Position numbers and translations under genes: made by a program. DNA of 63,023 bases, the filler included, from Atractiella rhizophila (taxonomy: Eukaryota): NCBI GenBank assembly GCA_021432655.1. It is 8 parts of 4 records of this genome, joined end to end, with 100 filler letters (N's around TTAATTAATTAA, not from the genome) between each part and the next. Parts side by side here need not be neighbours in the genome. Positions count along the whole stretch, not along the records: positions 9,618 to 31,472 come from MU271277.1; positions 31,573 to 36,682 come from MU271277.1; positions 36,783 to 38,983 come from MU271294.1; 5 more parts are not named here. One strand, given 5' to 3'. Each line of letters opens with the position of its first letter. Positions within the stretch are counted from its first letter, which is position 1. Of this stretch, positions 24,920 through 39,083 are shown piece by piece. The notes beneath the pieces are model-generated. The model was not told where the DNA came from and did no database searches. It was given only the letters and a program-made list of their open reading frames with translations.

Positions 24920-25958
24920 TACAATAATATTTGCTCACCGCCTTGATTTATCCTTTTGATGTGGTAACTTTTATCACGAGGTAGAAACTGCAGATCAGTA
25001 ATGCTGCTCTGCACAAGGGTGTTCGGTGCAGCTCGATGGTTGCCACTTAGAACGGTATTAGAGCAAAGGAATTGCATAATCCATGCATATTCCTGAATGA
25101 TTGATGATTTGTGTCGATCCGAATCTTTCGGATCAGGACTATTCATTGTTATCCAGATTTATAAGCACACGTGCTCTTGTCAAATCGTCAAAATCGAGCA
25201 ATCGGGCTACGTTTACAACCCCAGGCGTGCTCGGATTGTAGCTCCCGAGAATGCTGTCATGAGTTTCATAGAGTTTCATGGTAATAGAAAGCGGGAACCT
25301 GACCGAAATGCAGATTTCGTTAAAGTGCAGAACAGCGAATGACATGCTCTTCTCACGCTCACCGCAAAATACAACCATTAGGTAAACAAAGACCTGCCGT
25401 TGTTTTTGAGACCTACAACGTTGGTCCTTCGTCATTTTTCTGGTTTTGGAAAGTTTTTGGCGATTTGGTCCCGACATTTAACTCGAGCATTGGAGACATG
25501 AGTGAAAATTTCTGTTCTCCGAAACTTTCGGCGGTGTCCCTCATGCCATCGCCCAAGCGAAATAGTTTGGCAAGGGCAAAGAGGCAGTCCCACCAGGTCT
25601 GTGTCATGGCACTGAATTGAAGCAAAAAAACAACGCCGTTAACGCAATCTACATTATTTCGGATCAAATGATTTCTCTATCATGGAATCTGGGTGAGAAA
25701 ATACACAACTGCAATTTTGCCAGATCAGCGGTGTCATGTTTCACTGAGAGAAGGACTAGGGCTAGCTTCGTTCAAGTCTCAACTCTTCTGCAGCCAGGTT
25801 GACCACCGTTCCCCCTTTCCCACCTCAAAGAAGGCGCCTAGGGCTGTTCAGCCATCTTTTGCGGTATTGATGCAGTGGTGTATTGATGCAGTGGTGTATT
25901 GATGCAGTGGTGTATTGATGCAGTGGTGTATTGATGCAGTGGTGTATTGATGCAGTGG

Positions 25959-26001
<43 letters not shown>

Positions 26002-26480
26002 TGATGCAGTGGTGTATTGATGCAGTGGTGTATTGATGCAGTGGTGTATTGATGCAGTGGTGTATTGATGCAGTGGTGTATTGATGCAGTGGTTTTGCCC
26101 TGAAAGTATAGGAGTTATCTGTTTTCATTGTCAGTGCACCTCCTCCAAGCCACAGTGAATGACAATGAACCCTTTTCTTCTTTGTGCCGTCACAGTTCTA
26201 TCGGATTTGTACGGTTCTATTTTGGTTCCCTCGTACGCAAATGGATAAGGTCGCCAACTTAACCATCAAAGACTGGTAGTGCTACAAAGAAGTGAAATTT
26301 CGCGGGTTCAAAGTTCCTATGCGTCTTCATCCATGCAGCGAAGCTGAGGATACAAAGAAAGCCTTGTGCATCTGAACAGAGGAATAGAATGTGCCACAAG
26401 CTTGTCTTGTGTTCAGGAATCCCAGTCAATCCATAATGAGACACGCATCACAAATTTGAAATAATCACTCCTTCGCCATG
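24920..26480 (-). pseudogene. Decayed companion gene, unit 2 (F-box/LRR-like remnant)
   Basis: RNNVDCVNGVVFLLQ...DCLFALAKLFRLGD; frameshifts, deletions and a minisatellite inside it. Confidence 0.4.
25865..26093. repeat. 16-bp minisatellite (TATTGATGCAGTGGTG): 6 units, A40, 6 units
   Basis: Counted directly: units 25865-25958, poly(A) 25959-25998, units 25999-26093. Confidence 0.95.
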
Positions 26481-26883
26481 GTTGGATGTATATATATTGG
26501 ATCATCGATGTATCATCGAGGAAACTGAGCAAAGAGGTAGCAGAGAAGAGCTCCCGGCTCCGCCGCTTCCGTACCTATGGTGCAACCCATCAGCATCAGC
26601 TTGACCTCAGTGTTGTGTTGCGACCGTCGGCTCCGGGTGAACATCGAATGATCTGGATCGATGGTTGCTCGCTCAGAACCAGCTCGGCTCAGAACCTAGT
26701 TAAGGAACGCTGAGAAGTTGGCGGGCGAGTATTAAAAATTAAAGTGAGTGCGGAGATGAGAGGAAGCTTTCTTGTGGTTTAAAAACGGGGAAAATGTTGG
26801 ATATTGCATTCAGGTGAGCAGACGTTTTCATTGCAAGAGTGGAAGACGGGCGGCGAGAGAGATTCGAGGGTTCACGCTTTGGT

Positions 26884-28367
26884 GGCAGTTTAGAGGAACA
26901 TAGTGCGGTCGTACTCATCATCATATCGTACCTAATCAAACTGCTATCTGAAACGGAGAGACTGAAAAAAGCTCCATCAAACCAAAAATTGATTGTAGTT
27001 GGGGAGGGGAACATGGGGCAGAGAAATTGGTATCAGAAGAATTGGTATCAAGCAAGTCGTCACGCGTCAAAAGTCGTGAGGTATATCTCAGAGCTGGTTC
27101 CAACAAATAGAAGCGACAAGAGTATGTCGGTTGAATGGCTAGAACTCTGTATGCTGTAAGACATCATGAGGCATTTACGGTATCTGGGTCAAACGGGACG
27201 AAATGGAAAAACATGAAACAGGGATGAGAAGTGGGGGAGAAAACGACGGCGATGGGACTGATTATGGATGACATGCGCCATAGAGTACGATTTCTCCAAC
27301 TTTCTTTACTGAGCGAAAATCTTCCTTAATAATATTCGTAGTTGGTCTGCTGGTATTGTCCTTGACTGCTACCCCGTGGGTTGTACCCTTGGTTGTTATG
27401 TCGCTGATAGGATACCGGGTTGCCATTCGGCTGGTGGTACATCTGGTTGGCGATTGGCTGGTAGTATCCTTGGCCGCCACTCGGTTGGTTGTATCCTAGA
27501 GTGCTACTGGGATGGTAGCTGCCCATTGTCGTTAACTCGCTAGCACCACTTGTGGCTTCTACGTCTTGCTCTTGCTCTTGTCCTGGCCCTGGCTCTTGCT
27601 CGTCCTCTCGCTCCGGCCATTAAAAAGGCAGTTTAGAGGAACATAGTGCGGTCGTACTCATCATCATATCGTACCTAATCAAACTGCTATCTGAAACGGA
27701 GAGACTGAAAAAAGCTCCATCAAACCAAAAATTGATTGTAGTTGGGGAGGGAAACATGGGGCAGAGAAACTGGTATCAGAAGAATTGGTATCAGGCAAGT
27801 CGTCACGCGTCAAAAGTCGTGAGGTATATCTCAGAGCTGGTTCCAACAAAATTGAAGCGACAAGAGGATGTCGGTTCTGAATGGCTAGAACTCTGTATGC
27901 TGTAAGACATCATCAGGCATATACGGTATCTGGGTCAAACGGGACGAAGTGGAAAAACATGAAACAGGGATGAGAAGTGGGGTAGAAAACGACGGTGATG
28001 GAACTGATTATGGATGACATGCGCCGTAGAGTACCATTTCTCCAACTTTCTTTACTGAGCGAAAATCTGCCTCAATAATATTCGTAGTTGGTCTGCTGGT
28101 ATTGTCCTTGACTGCTACCCCGCGGGTTGTACCCTTGGTTGTTATGTCGCTGATAGAATACCGGGTTGCCATTCGGCTGGTGGTACATCTGGTTGGCGAT
28201 TGGCTGGTAGTATCCTTGGCCGCCACTCGGTTGGTTGTATCCTAGAGTGCTACTGGGATGGTAGCTGCCCATTGTCGTTAACTCGCTAGCACCACTTGTG
28301 GCTTCTACGTCTTGCTCTTGCTCTTGTCCTGGCCCTGGCTCTTGCTCGTCCTCTCGCTCCGGCCATT
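26884..28367. repeat. ~740 bp direct tandem duplication (26884-27621 and 27627-28367) with an AAAAA filler; copies only the 3' tail of RNase III-like copy 3
   Basis: Both units start GGCAGTTTAGAGGAACATAG and end CTCCGGCCATT. Confidence 0.95.
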
Positions 28368-29111
28368 GTTCTTTCTCAGGGTCATAAAGAAGACCCAGAT
28401 TATCCATGACTTCCTCGATATATTCCATGGGGTTGTAGTCACGAGACACACACTATCTCCCTCATTAGCATTGTTTTTCAACCAGGAGAGGACTCACATC
28501 GATGTACACGGCGCCGATGATTGCCTTGACCAAATCTGCACAACGGCTCCCAGGAAACTCTGACATGTTATAATATGCAAGATTTTCGAGCTTTATCCTC
28601 TTGCATGCTGCTTTGAGTGGGCGTTGGGACAGGCGGCCTTGGATAGCTCGGGTGTGTAAAACTGAATTGCAAGGTCATTCCAAATATCAAAGGCAGAGGC
28701 ACAGACTTGGGTCATCTCCCTTGCCAGCACGATAGAGAACCTGCAGAGAATAAGAGTGAAACAATTGTGGTATGAGGACATACTGCCGTCTGAACCGTTT
28801 TCATCGCCACGTCACCCAAGCTGCAGGAGGACCTGAGTTCGCAGATGCTTGCTCATTCAGCAGCCACGTACCGCGCGAGCCCTCCATTTGCGCCTTTGAC
28901 AGCGGTAGAATGGCTCGAGTGTGTGATTGCTTCGAGCCACAGGGGGTACTTCTCTGTGACAATAGTATATCCAGTGATCCTGGATAATTGCTGGAGCCGT
29001 TCCACTGCTGTGGGTACATCTGTTCCATTCCCTGTAGAGTTCTATTAGTCTCTTACTTTAAGACAAAAGAATTGCAGCGGCCTCACCAGCTTGACGGTTG
29101 CTGTTGGACAT
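28072..29111 (-). CDS. Stand-alone RNase III-domain protein, copy 3 (~266 aa, predicted inactive, acidic linker plus Q/N/Y/G prion-like tail)
   Basis: Same five intron positions. MSNSNRQA...EAITHSSHSTAVKGANGGLARLGDVAMK...CADLVKAIIGAVYID...GYNQPSGGQGYYQ...QGQYQQTNYEYY. Confidence 0.85.
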
Positions 29112-29207
29112 GGTGCGAAGTACCGAAGTAAAACCTTGATGAATATGACCGTATGTTCTCGCGGAGTGCGATCTGAGAGCAACCGAAGCTACAATCGTGC
29201 AATGGTG

Positions 29208-29215
29208 CTTTTATA
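29208..29215 (-). promoter_or_regulatory. TATA box upstream of RNase III-like copy 3
   Basis: GAAGCTATAAAAG on the minus strand about 100 bp upstream of the ATG at 29111. Confidence 0.55.
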
Positions 29216-29989
29216 GCTTCCGCGACCTTATGAGCAGATACTGTAACAGAGCGTGAAGCGCGAAAAATGTGGGTCCAGAACAACTTGCCAATGTTTTCGC
29301 ATCCATCGTAAACCAAGGTTGACACAGTATCTTGTGACTTTTTCGAAGCTCATCGGTTGAATGGGACTGACTTACAGGATCTGCTCATCCAGAGGGTTTC
29401 CTCAGATTTAATGCCCATAATCTGATATCCCTTTCCATCCAGTTGTTTATCACTGATCGAGTACTGATCCAGGAGATCACGCAATTGTTGCCCATTGGAA
29501 TTTTAATAGTTCGATCTTATGAGCTTTGTGACCGAGTAGATAAGTCGGAGAGTGAATAAGGCTCATGCCTGTCACCAGCTCGATTAGTGTCAGTGAGAAC
29601 AGTATGCCGAGGGTGTGGCACATTCATGAATGATAGGTTTCGATCCGAGCCCCTCGATATTCAATCAAATTGGAGTCGTTGTCAAAGAGTCGGTTCTAGT
29701 TCCAGTCCTAAGGATGCTCCAGCGGTGACACGGAGACAGGATTTGTGAACGATTGTGCTGTATTCACAACTTCGGCATCTTCGTAGCTCGAAAAGAAGCG
29801 ACGATACGCCAGGCAATAAGCGGATGTCATGGGTTTCACGGTAATATAAAGTGCAGGCTTGATCGAAACACGATTCAAAGGAAATTCCATGCGAAGTGCC
29901 AAACAGCGAAAGAGTGGCTCTTCCAAGAGGATTCGTTCATCACAGGCAACCGTCGACACGCCAAAAAGGGACCGTATTATCAAGGCAGG

Positions 29990-30910
29990 GCAGGTTAGTC
30001 TTCCGTCAGCTTTCTGAGTTTTGGAAAGATTCGACGATTTGGTGCCAATGATATCAACTTGTTTATTGCTTCCTTGCTCAATTCACGGCGCGACAAGAAC
30101 CGACGTTTAACTCCAGCATTGGAAACACGGTGGAATGTTTGTGTGCTCCAAACCTCGTCGCTCAAGGCGTCGCCGAAGCGAAACAGTTTGGCTAGGGCAC
30201 AAGAGGCAGTCCCTCAGGTTTGAGCCTGGGTACTGACTTCACGCAAACAAACAACGACGTTAATGCGATCAACATTATTTCAGATCAAATGATTTCTTAT
30301 CATGGACCTCGGGAAGAAAAATACGCACCATTCAATTTTGCCCAGATCAGTCACCTCATCTTTCATTCAGAGAACGGCCCTGCTTCGTTCCAGTCTCCTA
30401 GTCTTCCTTGGCCATTCTATGTCAAACAGTCGTGCTTGATATTGTTCCCCCGTTCTCCCGCTTATGGGAGGTGCCGTTGAGCTGTCCAACTCGAATGATC
30501 CGTTTCTGTATCCGAGCTCCTCCTCGCAGGTGAGTGACATGGATTGCGATTTTCTTCGAGTTATGCGCAGTCATGATTGCACTTGTATAGTGACGTGGGT
30601 TTGAACGTGTGCTGAGGGATTGATCATTAAAGATCGCAGTGCACCAGAAATAAACGTCTTGCAGTGTTTTCCCCAGAACTTTACGAAATCAGTAAAAGCC
30701 GGATTCAGAACATTTTTTTGGGTGTCCTCTTCATGCAGCAATCTGGGGTGCCGAACAAAGAAAGCTTTGTGCATGAACTGAGTAGAGGAATAGAAGGCGC
30801 CATAAGCTTGCCTTGTTCTCATTGTCCTTAAGAGCAGGCATCCTCGTCTCAATCCACAACTGAGACGGGCATCACACATTTCCACTGAATAAATCACTCC
30901 TCCAACGTGG
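29990..30910 (-). pseudogene. Decayed companion gene, unit 3 (F-box/LRR-like remnant)
   Basis: CALAKLFRFGD and NAGVKRRFLSRRELSKEAINKLISLAPNRRIFPKLRKLTE; in-frame stops; start codon lost. Confidence 0.4.
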
Positions 30911-30918
30911 TTGGAAAT

Positions 30919-31472
30919 ATGTACCTGTTCGCACTTCTTTTCTTCCTACAAAGTCAAACCTTCTTTGCTTATGCCATGCCGCAACAATGTGAGTATCCTC
31001 TTCCTTTCAAGTTTCTTAAGAACAACATTCTGATGCTTTCCAGCTCTACCCCTAACAACAGGGGGACTGTACCCTATAGGATTCAGCTTGGGCCCTCTGG
31101 TGACTGATGTAATCCAACCACCATCCTTGAACGAGCTGAGTGCGTTGGGATGGAGCACCATCATGTCCAGCACTAGCTTAGAAGTCACGACTGCGACTGT
31201 CACAGTTCTGGTATCACCAACTGAAAGCCACGCGAAATACTTTAGGAAAGAGAGGAAAGCTGCGTGGTTCTCTTGTCGCGAGTTGCGGACAGGGCTAGAA
31301 AATCTAAGAGTAAGTGAAAGGTGTCCCTACGGCACTACAGTGAGTGTGGTTCTTGATCAGGTCTATAATACGGGTGCTGCTGGTCGCAGTTGCAATTGTT
31401 TGCTCAAAAATCTAAGTAGTAGAAGAGGCCGCGACAACCCTATACGTCCCCACCTCCTTTGGTGTCCTTGGC
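30919..31472 (+). CDS. Possible small secreted protein (5' part; runs toward the gap)
   Basis: Signal-peptide-like MYLFALLFFLQSQTFFAYA; canonical 55-bp intron 30989-31043 joins in frame to a Ser/Thr-rich ORF. Confidence 0.4.
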
Positions 31473-33244
31473 NNNNNNNNNNNNNNNNNNNNNNNNNNNN
31501 NNNNNNNNNNNNNNNNTTAATTAATTAANNNNNNNNNNNNNNNNNNNNNNNNNNNNNNNNNNNNNNNNNNNNAACGGTACGCAACTTGTTATTGTTATCA
31601 TGAATGGCGACAATGGTGGCTTTTCGGCTAGTTTCCATATGATTGGACGCCATTTTAAGCTCGCCTCATCTTGTTTGGTCTGGTTGAATCCTCCAGCTCC
31701 AGAGAAGATGAGTTCAATGCCATAAACTCAACGGTGCCAAGAAGCGGGACAAGCGTCAGAACATTAAGGACGCAAAACATATGGATTTCGAAGTTGCACA
31801 TCAGACAACCATAAAAAGAGCTTGGATAAATTCAGTGGTCCTTCCACACGATCAAATGAGGATGATCTTCTTTTTCTTCTTCTTCTTTGCCGGTGGGCGG
31901 AGCACTGCATCATCTGTCCTTTCATNNNNNNNNNNNNNNNNNNNNNNNNNNNNNNNNNNNNNNNNNNNNNNNNNNNNNNNNNNNNNNNNNNNNNNNNNNN
32001 NNNNNNNNNNNNNNNNNNNNNNNNNNNNNNNNNNNNNNNNNNNNNNNNNNNNNNNNNNNNNNNNNNNNNNNNNNNNNNNNNNNNNNNNNNNNNNNNNNNN
32101 NNNNNNNNNNNNNNNNNNNNNNNNNNNNNNNNNNNNNNNNNNNNNNNNNNNNNNNNNNNNNNNNNNNNNNNNNNNNNNNNNNNNNNNNNNNNNNNNNNNN
32201 NNNNNNNNNNNNNNNNNNNNNNNNNNNNNNNNNNNNNNNNNNNNNNNNNNNNNNNNNNNNNNNNNNNNNNNNNNNNNNNNNNNNNNNNNNNNNNNNNNNN
32301 NNNNNNNNNNNNNNNNNNNNNNNNNNNNNNNNNNNNNNNNNNNNNNNNNNNNNNNNNNNNNNNNNNNNNNNNNNNNNNNNNNNNNNNNNNNNNNNNNNNN
32401 NNNNNNNNNNNNNNNNNNNNNNNNNNNNNNNNNNNNNNNNNNNNNNNNNNNNNNNNNNNNNNNNNNNNNNNNNNNNNNNNNNNNNNNNNNNNNNNNNNNN
32501 NNNNNNNNNNNNNNNNNNNNNNNNNNNNNNNNNNNNNNNNNNNNNNNNNNNNNNNNNNNNNNNNNNNNNNNNNNNNNNNNNNNNNNNNNNNNNNNNNNNN
32601 NNNNNNNNNNNNNNNNNNNNNNNNNNNNNNNNNNNNNNNNNNNNNNNNNNNNNNNNNNNNNNNNNNNNNNNNNNNNNNNNNNNNNNNNNNNNNNNNNNNN
32701 NNNNNNNNNNNNNNNNNNNNNNNNNNNNNNNNNNNNNNNNNNNNNNNNNNNNNNNNNNNNNNNNNNNNNNNNNNNNNNNNNNNNNNNNNNNNNNNNNNNN
32801 NNNNNNNNNNNNNNNNNNNNNNNNNNNNNNNNNNNNNNNNNNNNNNNNNNNNNNNNNNNNNNNNNNNNNNNNNNNNNNNNNNNNNNNNNNNNNNNNNGGG
32901 ACAGATTTCAGGATCTTGCATTCGCAGTGACCGCAAACAAAGCAAAAGAGAAAACGACACGAATAGAATGTGCTGGGCATGACTAGTGAGAGAAAATCAT
33001 GTGCTGTCTCGCACCAGACGCGCGACATAGTTGCTGGGAGCATCATCCAGGAGCCAGGAGACTTATCGCAGGAGACTTATCGTAGGGACCGAGGAAGAAG
33101 ATGGTGAGGCAGATTTGACAGTCCACTCTCTTGGGAAGAAAGACTACAGCTTCGCCTTCTTCCCTGACGTGAATCTCAACACGAAGCAAGTGCAAAGATA
33201 GCAAAGATGGTACCAATAGCCTAGTGAAGACAAAGGAAAGAAAC

Positions 33245-33574
33245 TTACGTCCTCGGACCAACGGTTCTCAGGATCCCACCTTTCCCCTCCTTATCCCTCT
33301 CCTTCGACTTATCCCCTTCTTTCCTCTCCTTCGCCCACCTCGCCGCCATCCTCTTTCCACCCACCACCCTCCCATTCAATCCCACAATCGCCGCCTCTGC
33401 GCTCTCCCTCGTCGAGAACGAAGCGAAAGCATACCCTCTCGGCTCGCCTGATGGTGTGAAGAGGAAGTCGAGGGCGGTGAGTCTGCCGTATGGCTGGAGG
33501 AGGCGGAGGAGGGCGTATTCGGTGAGAGTGGGAGGGAGCGAGGAGAGGTGGATGCGGGTGTTGTCAGCATCCAT
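33245..33574 (-). CDS. Single-RRM RNA-binding protein (RBM18-like); exon 1 only, 3' exons unresolved
   Basis: RNP2-like IHLSSL, DFLF...GEPRGYAFASF (RNP1), LNGRVVGGKRMAARWA; exon ends at a GTAAGT donor. Confidence 0.75.
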   Translation of the reverse strand: MDADNTRIHLSSLPPTLTEYALLRLLQPYGRLTALDFLFTPSGEPRGYAFASFSTRESAEAAIVGLNGRVVGGKRMAARWAKERKEGDKSKERDKEGKGGILRTVGPRT

Positions 33575-33852
33575 CCCTTTTTGGCTCGCGCGTCGGTGCC
33601 CCAGAAATGTCGCGCAATGAGAAAGACAATAATGCGCCAGGATCGCGATGACGATCGAGGGTGGCAAATTTAAGAGTTAGTTGGCACGGTTCGAACCGTG
33701 TTCTAGAACACCGGTCAACCTTGCCATGCTTCTTTTGGCATTTCAAACAGATGGACATCCGCATTTTTTCAATGCTTTGCCTTTCCACCAACTTTTATTG
33801 TTGCTCTATCTTGTCTCTGAGCTTGGGCTCATAATAACATAATACACACACG

Positions 33853-36682
<2,830 letters not shown>

Positions 36683-37012
36683 NNNNNNNNNNNNNNNNNN
36701 NNNNNNNNNNNNNNNNNNNNNNNNNNTTAATTAATTAANNNNNNNNNNNNNNNNNNNNNNNNNNNNNNNNNNNNNNNNNNNNCTGAAACTCAGGTAAGTT
36801 CTCCACTTCAACGAAGTTAAACGCCCTACCAGTGCAATCTCAATATTTGTGAGGTGCTTTGCTGAACCTTTCAGAGACGGATTTCTAGCCTTCTCTTGTG
36901 TCCCGGATCCGAGCAGAGAAAGGAGCAAGATTTAGACTCATCAACTTTTAATTCGAACTATTTATGAATTTGGGGCAATTTAGCCTGCCTTAATCTCAGT
37001 CGTACTTCCAAG

Positions 37013-38718
37013 ATGTTCTCCAGGATACAAAATACTTTGCTCAAGAAGATATCTACTCCAGGACCTCATTCAGACTTGTTTGTCAAGTCACCAAACTTCT
37101 TTGCCTCCGAACAAAGAGCCCTCTATAACGAAGTGCCACTTTTACGAGCTCGCCATACCAACTTTGATCACCATGCACTTGCAGAAATCGGGATAAAGAC
37201 GATGAACGCGAACTTTTGCATTTCATTTGAGAAACTTGCCGAAGGTGGCTACAACAGGACTTATCTGCTCACGTTCGATAACGGTCGCGAGCTCATCGCT
37301 AGAGTCCCTTATTCCATGAACCATCCGACATTTTACTCGACCGCCAGCCAGGTTGCCACGATGGATTTTGTTCGTAATGAGCTTTCTATCCCTTGTCCAG
37401 AAGTTTTCGCTTGGAGCGCTCGAGCTGATGCTACGCCAGTCGGGAGTGAGTTCATCTTGATGGAGAAGGTTCAGGGTGTTCCTCTGTACAAAAGGTTCTC
37501 CTGCTTTTCGTTCTATCCACGGTAATTACTAACCGTTGAAATATTGTGGCAAGGTGGGCACATATCGAGAAAGGTCAGGTTGTAGCATTCCTGAACGATT
37601 TACGAGCAATTGAGAAAAAATTTGAGAACACACACCTCTCTTCTCACGGAAGTATTTATTTCAAAAATGATCTTCCAGTTGATTTACAGTCTTCTCGGTT
37701 CTATCCAGAGGAAACCGAAGATTCGTCAAAATACGCTATTGGACCTATTGCCCATCACCTCTGGTGGCGCCATGATTATGCTGATTTGAAAGTTTCACGA
37801 GGCCCTTGGAAAACAACAGAAGATTTGTTTCAATCTTTGTCGACCGTCCAACGCTCTTGGCTCACAACGCGATCTCAGATAAGCGAGTCTAACAGCTTTC
37901 GAGTCAAGGGTCCAGAACCGCGAGCGACGCTAACGGAAGCTTTACACTTGCAAGACATATTTGAGAGGTTTTTTCCTGATTTTCTCCCCAACCTGCCTGA
38001 AATTACCTGCCCGATACTCTGGCATCCCGAGCTTTCACTGGCCAACATCGTGGTCTCCGAATCAGGAGACGCCACAATCACAGGGTTGCTCGATTGGCAA
38101 GATGCATGCGTAGGACCGTTGTTTATGCAAGCGAGTCTGGCGCCAGCCCTAGCTTATCGCGGTTCTCGCATCGAAGTTCCTGAGGGGGTTCTTGAAAAAC
38201 CATCTCTGCCGGACCTCGATGGCCTTCCCCAAGAAGAAATAGACGCCATTCGCCTGGAACACAAGTTCGCTATGCGATGGAAAGCTTACCAGGCAAGAAG
38301 CGTGGTTGGCGCGGCAAACACGACGCGAAGGATTGCAGCTAGCTTTCCAAATGCCAACGAGCTCGCAAACCTTCCTCAACTTGTTCTGCGCTCATGGAGC
38401 GATGGGCTTACACCGTATCGCGAAGCGGTTTTGAAGTGCTTGGAGAATTGGGAGATGTGGAGGGAGGATCTTCGGCCGCCTTTTCCTTTCACGGAAACTG
38501 AGTTGGACGACCACGTCGAAAAATTCAAGAGATATGAGGAGTTCGAGCAAGAGGTTGATGGTTTACTCAATAGGATTGGATGCGAGGGAGATGGCATTGT
38601 CGCTGCAGAAGGTTGGGAGGATGCAATGCAGAGGCTAAAATCGGAGAAAGAGCGGTGGGACCCCAAGTTGGGACCATTTCCACTCCAGGACGGAATGTGG
38701 AGCTATTATCTGACTTGA
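37013..38718 (+). CDS. APH/choline-kinase-fold protein (AIM9-like phosphotransferase family), copy 1
   Basis: KLAEGGYNRTY...IARVP, EFILMEKVQG, one intron near 37495-37553, LWHPELSLANI and ITGLLDWQ. Confidence 0.85.
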
Positions 38719-39083
38719 TGTGGAGTTAGGGGTTTCATGTCTGTGAACAGATATATTATCGTCATGATGGTATAAATCTTGCCGCAGAAGTCACTTTGGG
38801 TTGTTTGCAAAGTTCCTTCTATCTGAACATCCTTCAAACAAAACGTCCATTTTCTCCACTCAATCGGCGCTTCGTCATCTGCCATGTTTTAGCTCAGAAG
38901 GACAAAGGGAATGACACAGAGTGAGCGATCTAACTCGTAGGCACATTCAATTCAGGTCCATTTCCGTTAATACTAGTACATGANNNNNNNNNNNNNNNNN
39001 NNNNNNNNNNNNNNNNNNNNNNNNNNNTTAATTAATTAANNNNNNNNNNNNNNNNNNNNNNNNNNNNNNNNNNNNNNNNNNNN

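Larger units (their letters stand above)
19300..30925. repeat. Diverged tandem array of three ~3.6-3.7 kb units (RNase III-like gene plus decayed companion gene)
   Basis: Landmarks recur: CATATCGTA-CTAATCAA near 19600, 23220 and 26930; AATCACTCCT near 22725, 26465 and 30895; GTTTTGGAAAG near 21820, 25445 and 30020. Confidence 0.85.

Noticed and set aside
25865..26093. Regular short repeats as a possible CRISPR array or cDNA adapter concatemer
   Set aside because: Units are contiguous with no spacers and the genome is eukaryotic; only GCAGTGGT matches the SMART adapter, which is too little to call.
20070..29111. Reading the three RNase III-like segments as parts of one Dicer gene
   Set aside because: Each has its own ATG, TATA-like box, stop codon and identical exon layout; no helicase, PAZ or dsRBD sequence lies between them.
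31764..33046. Long ORFs of 350-400 aa in the ORF track
   Set aside because: Almost entirely X from the N gap.
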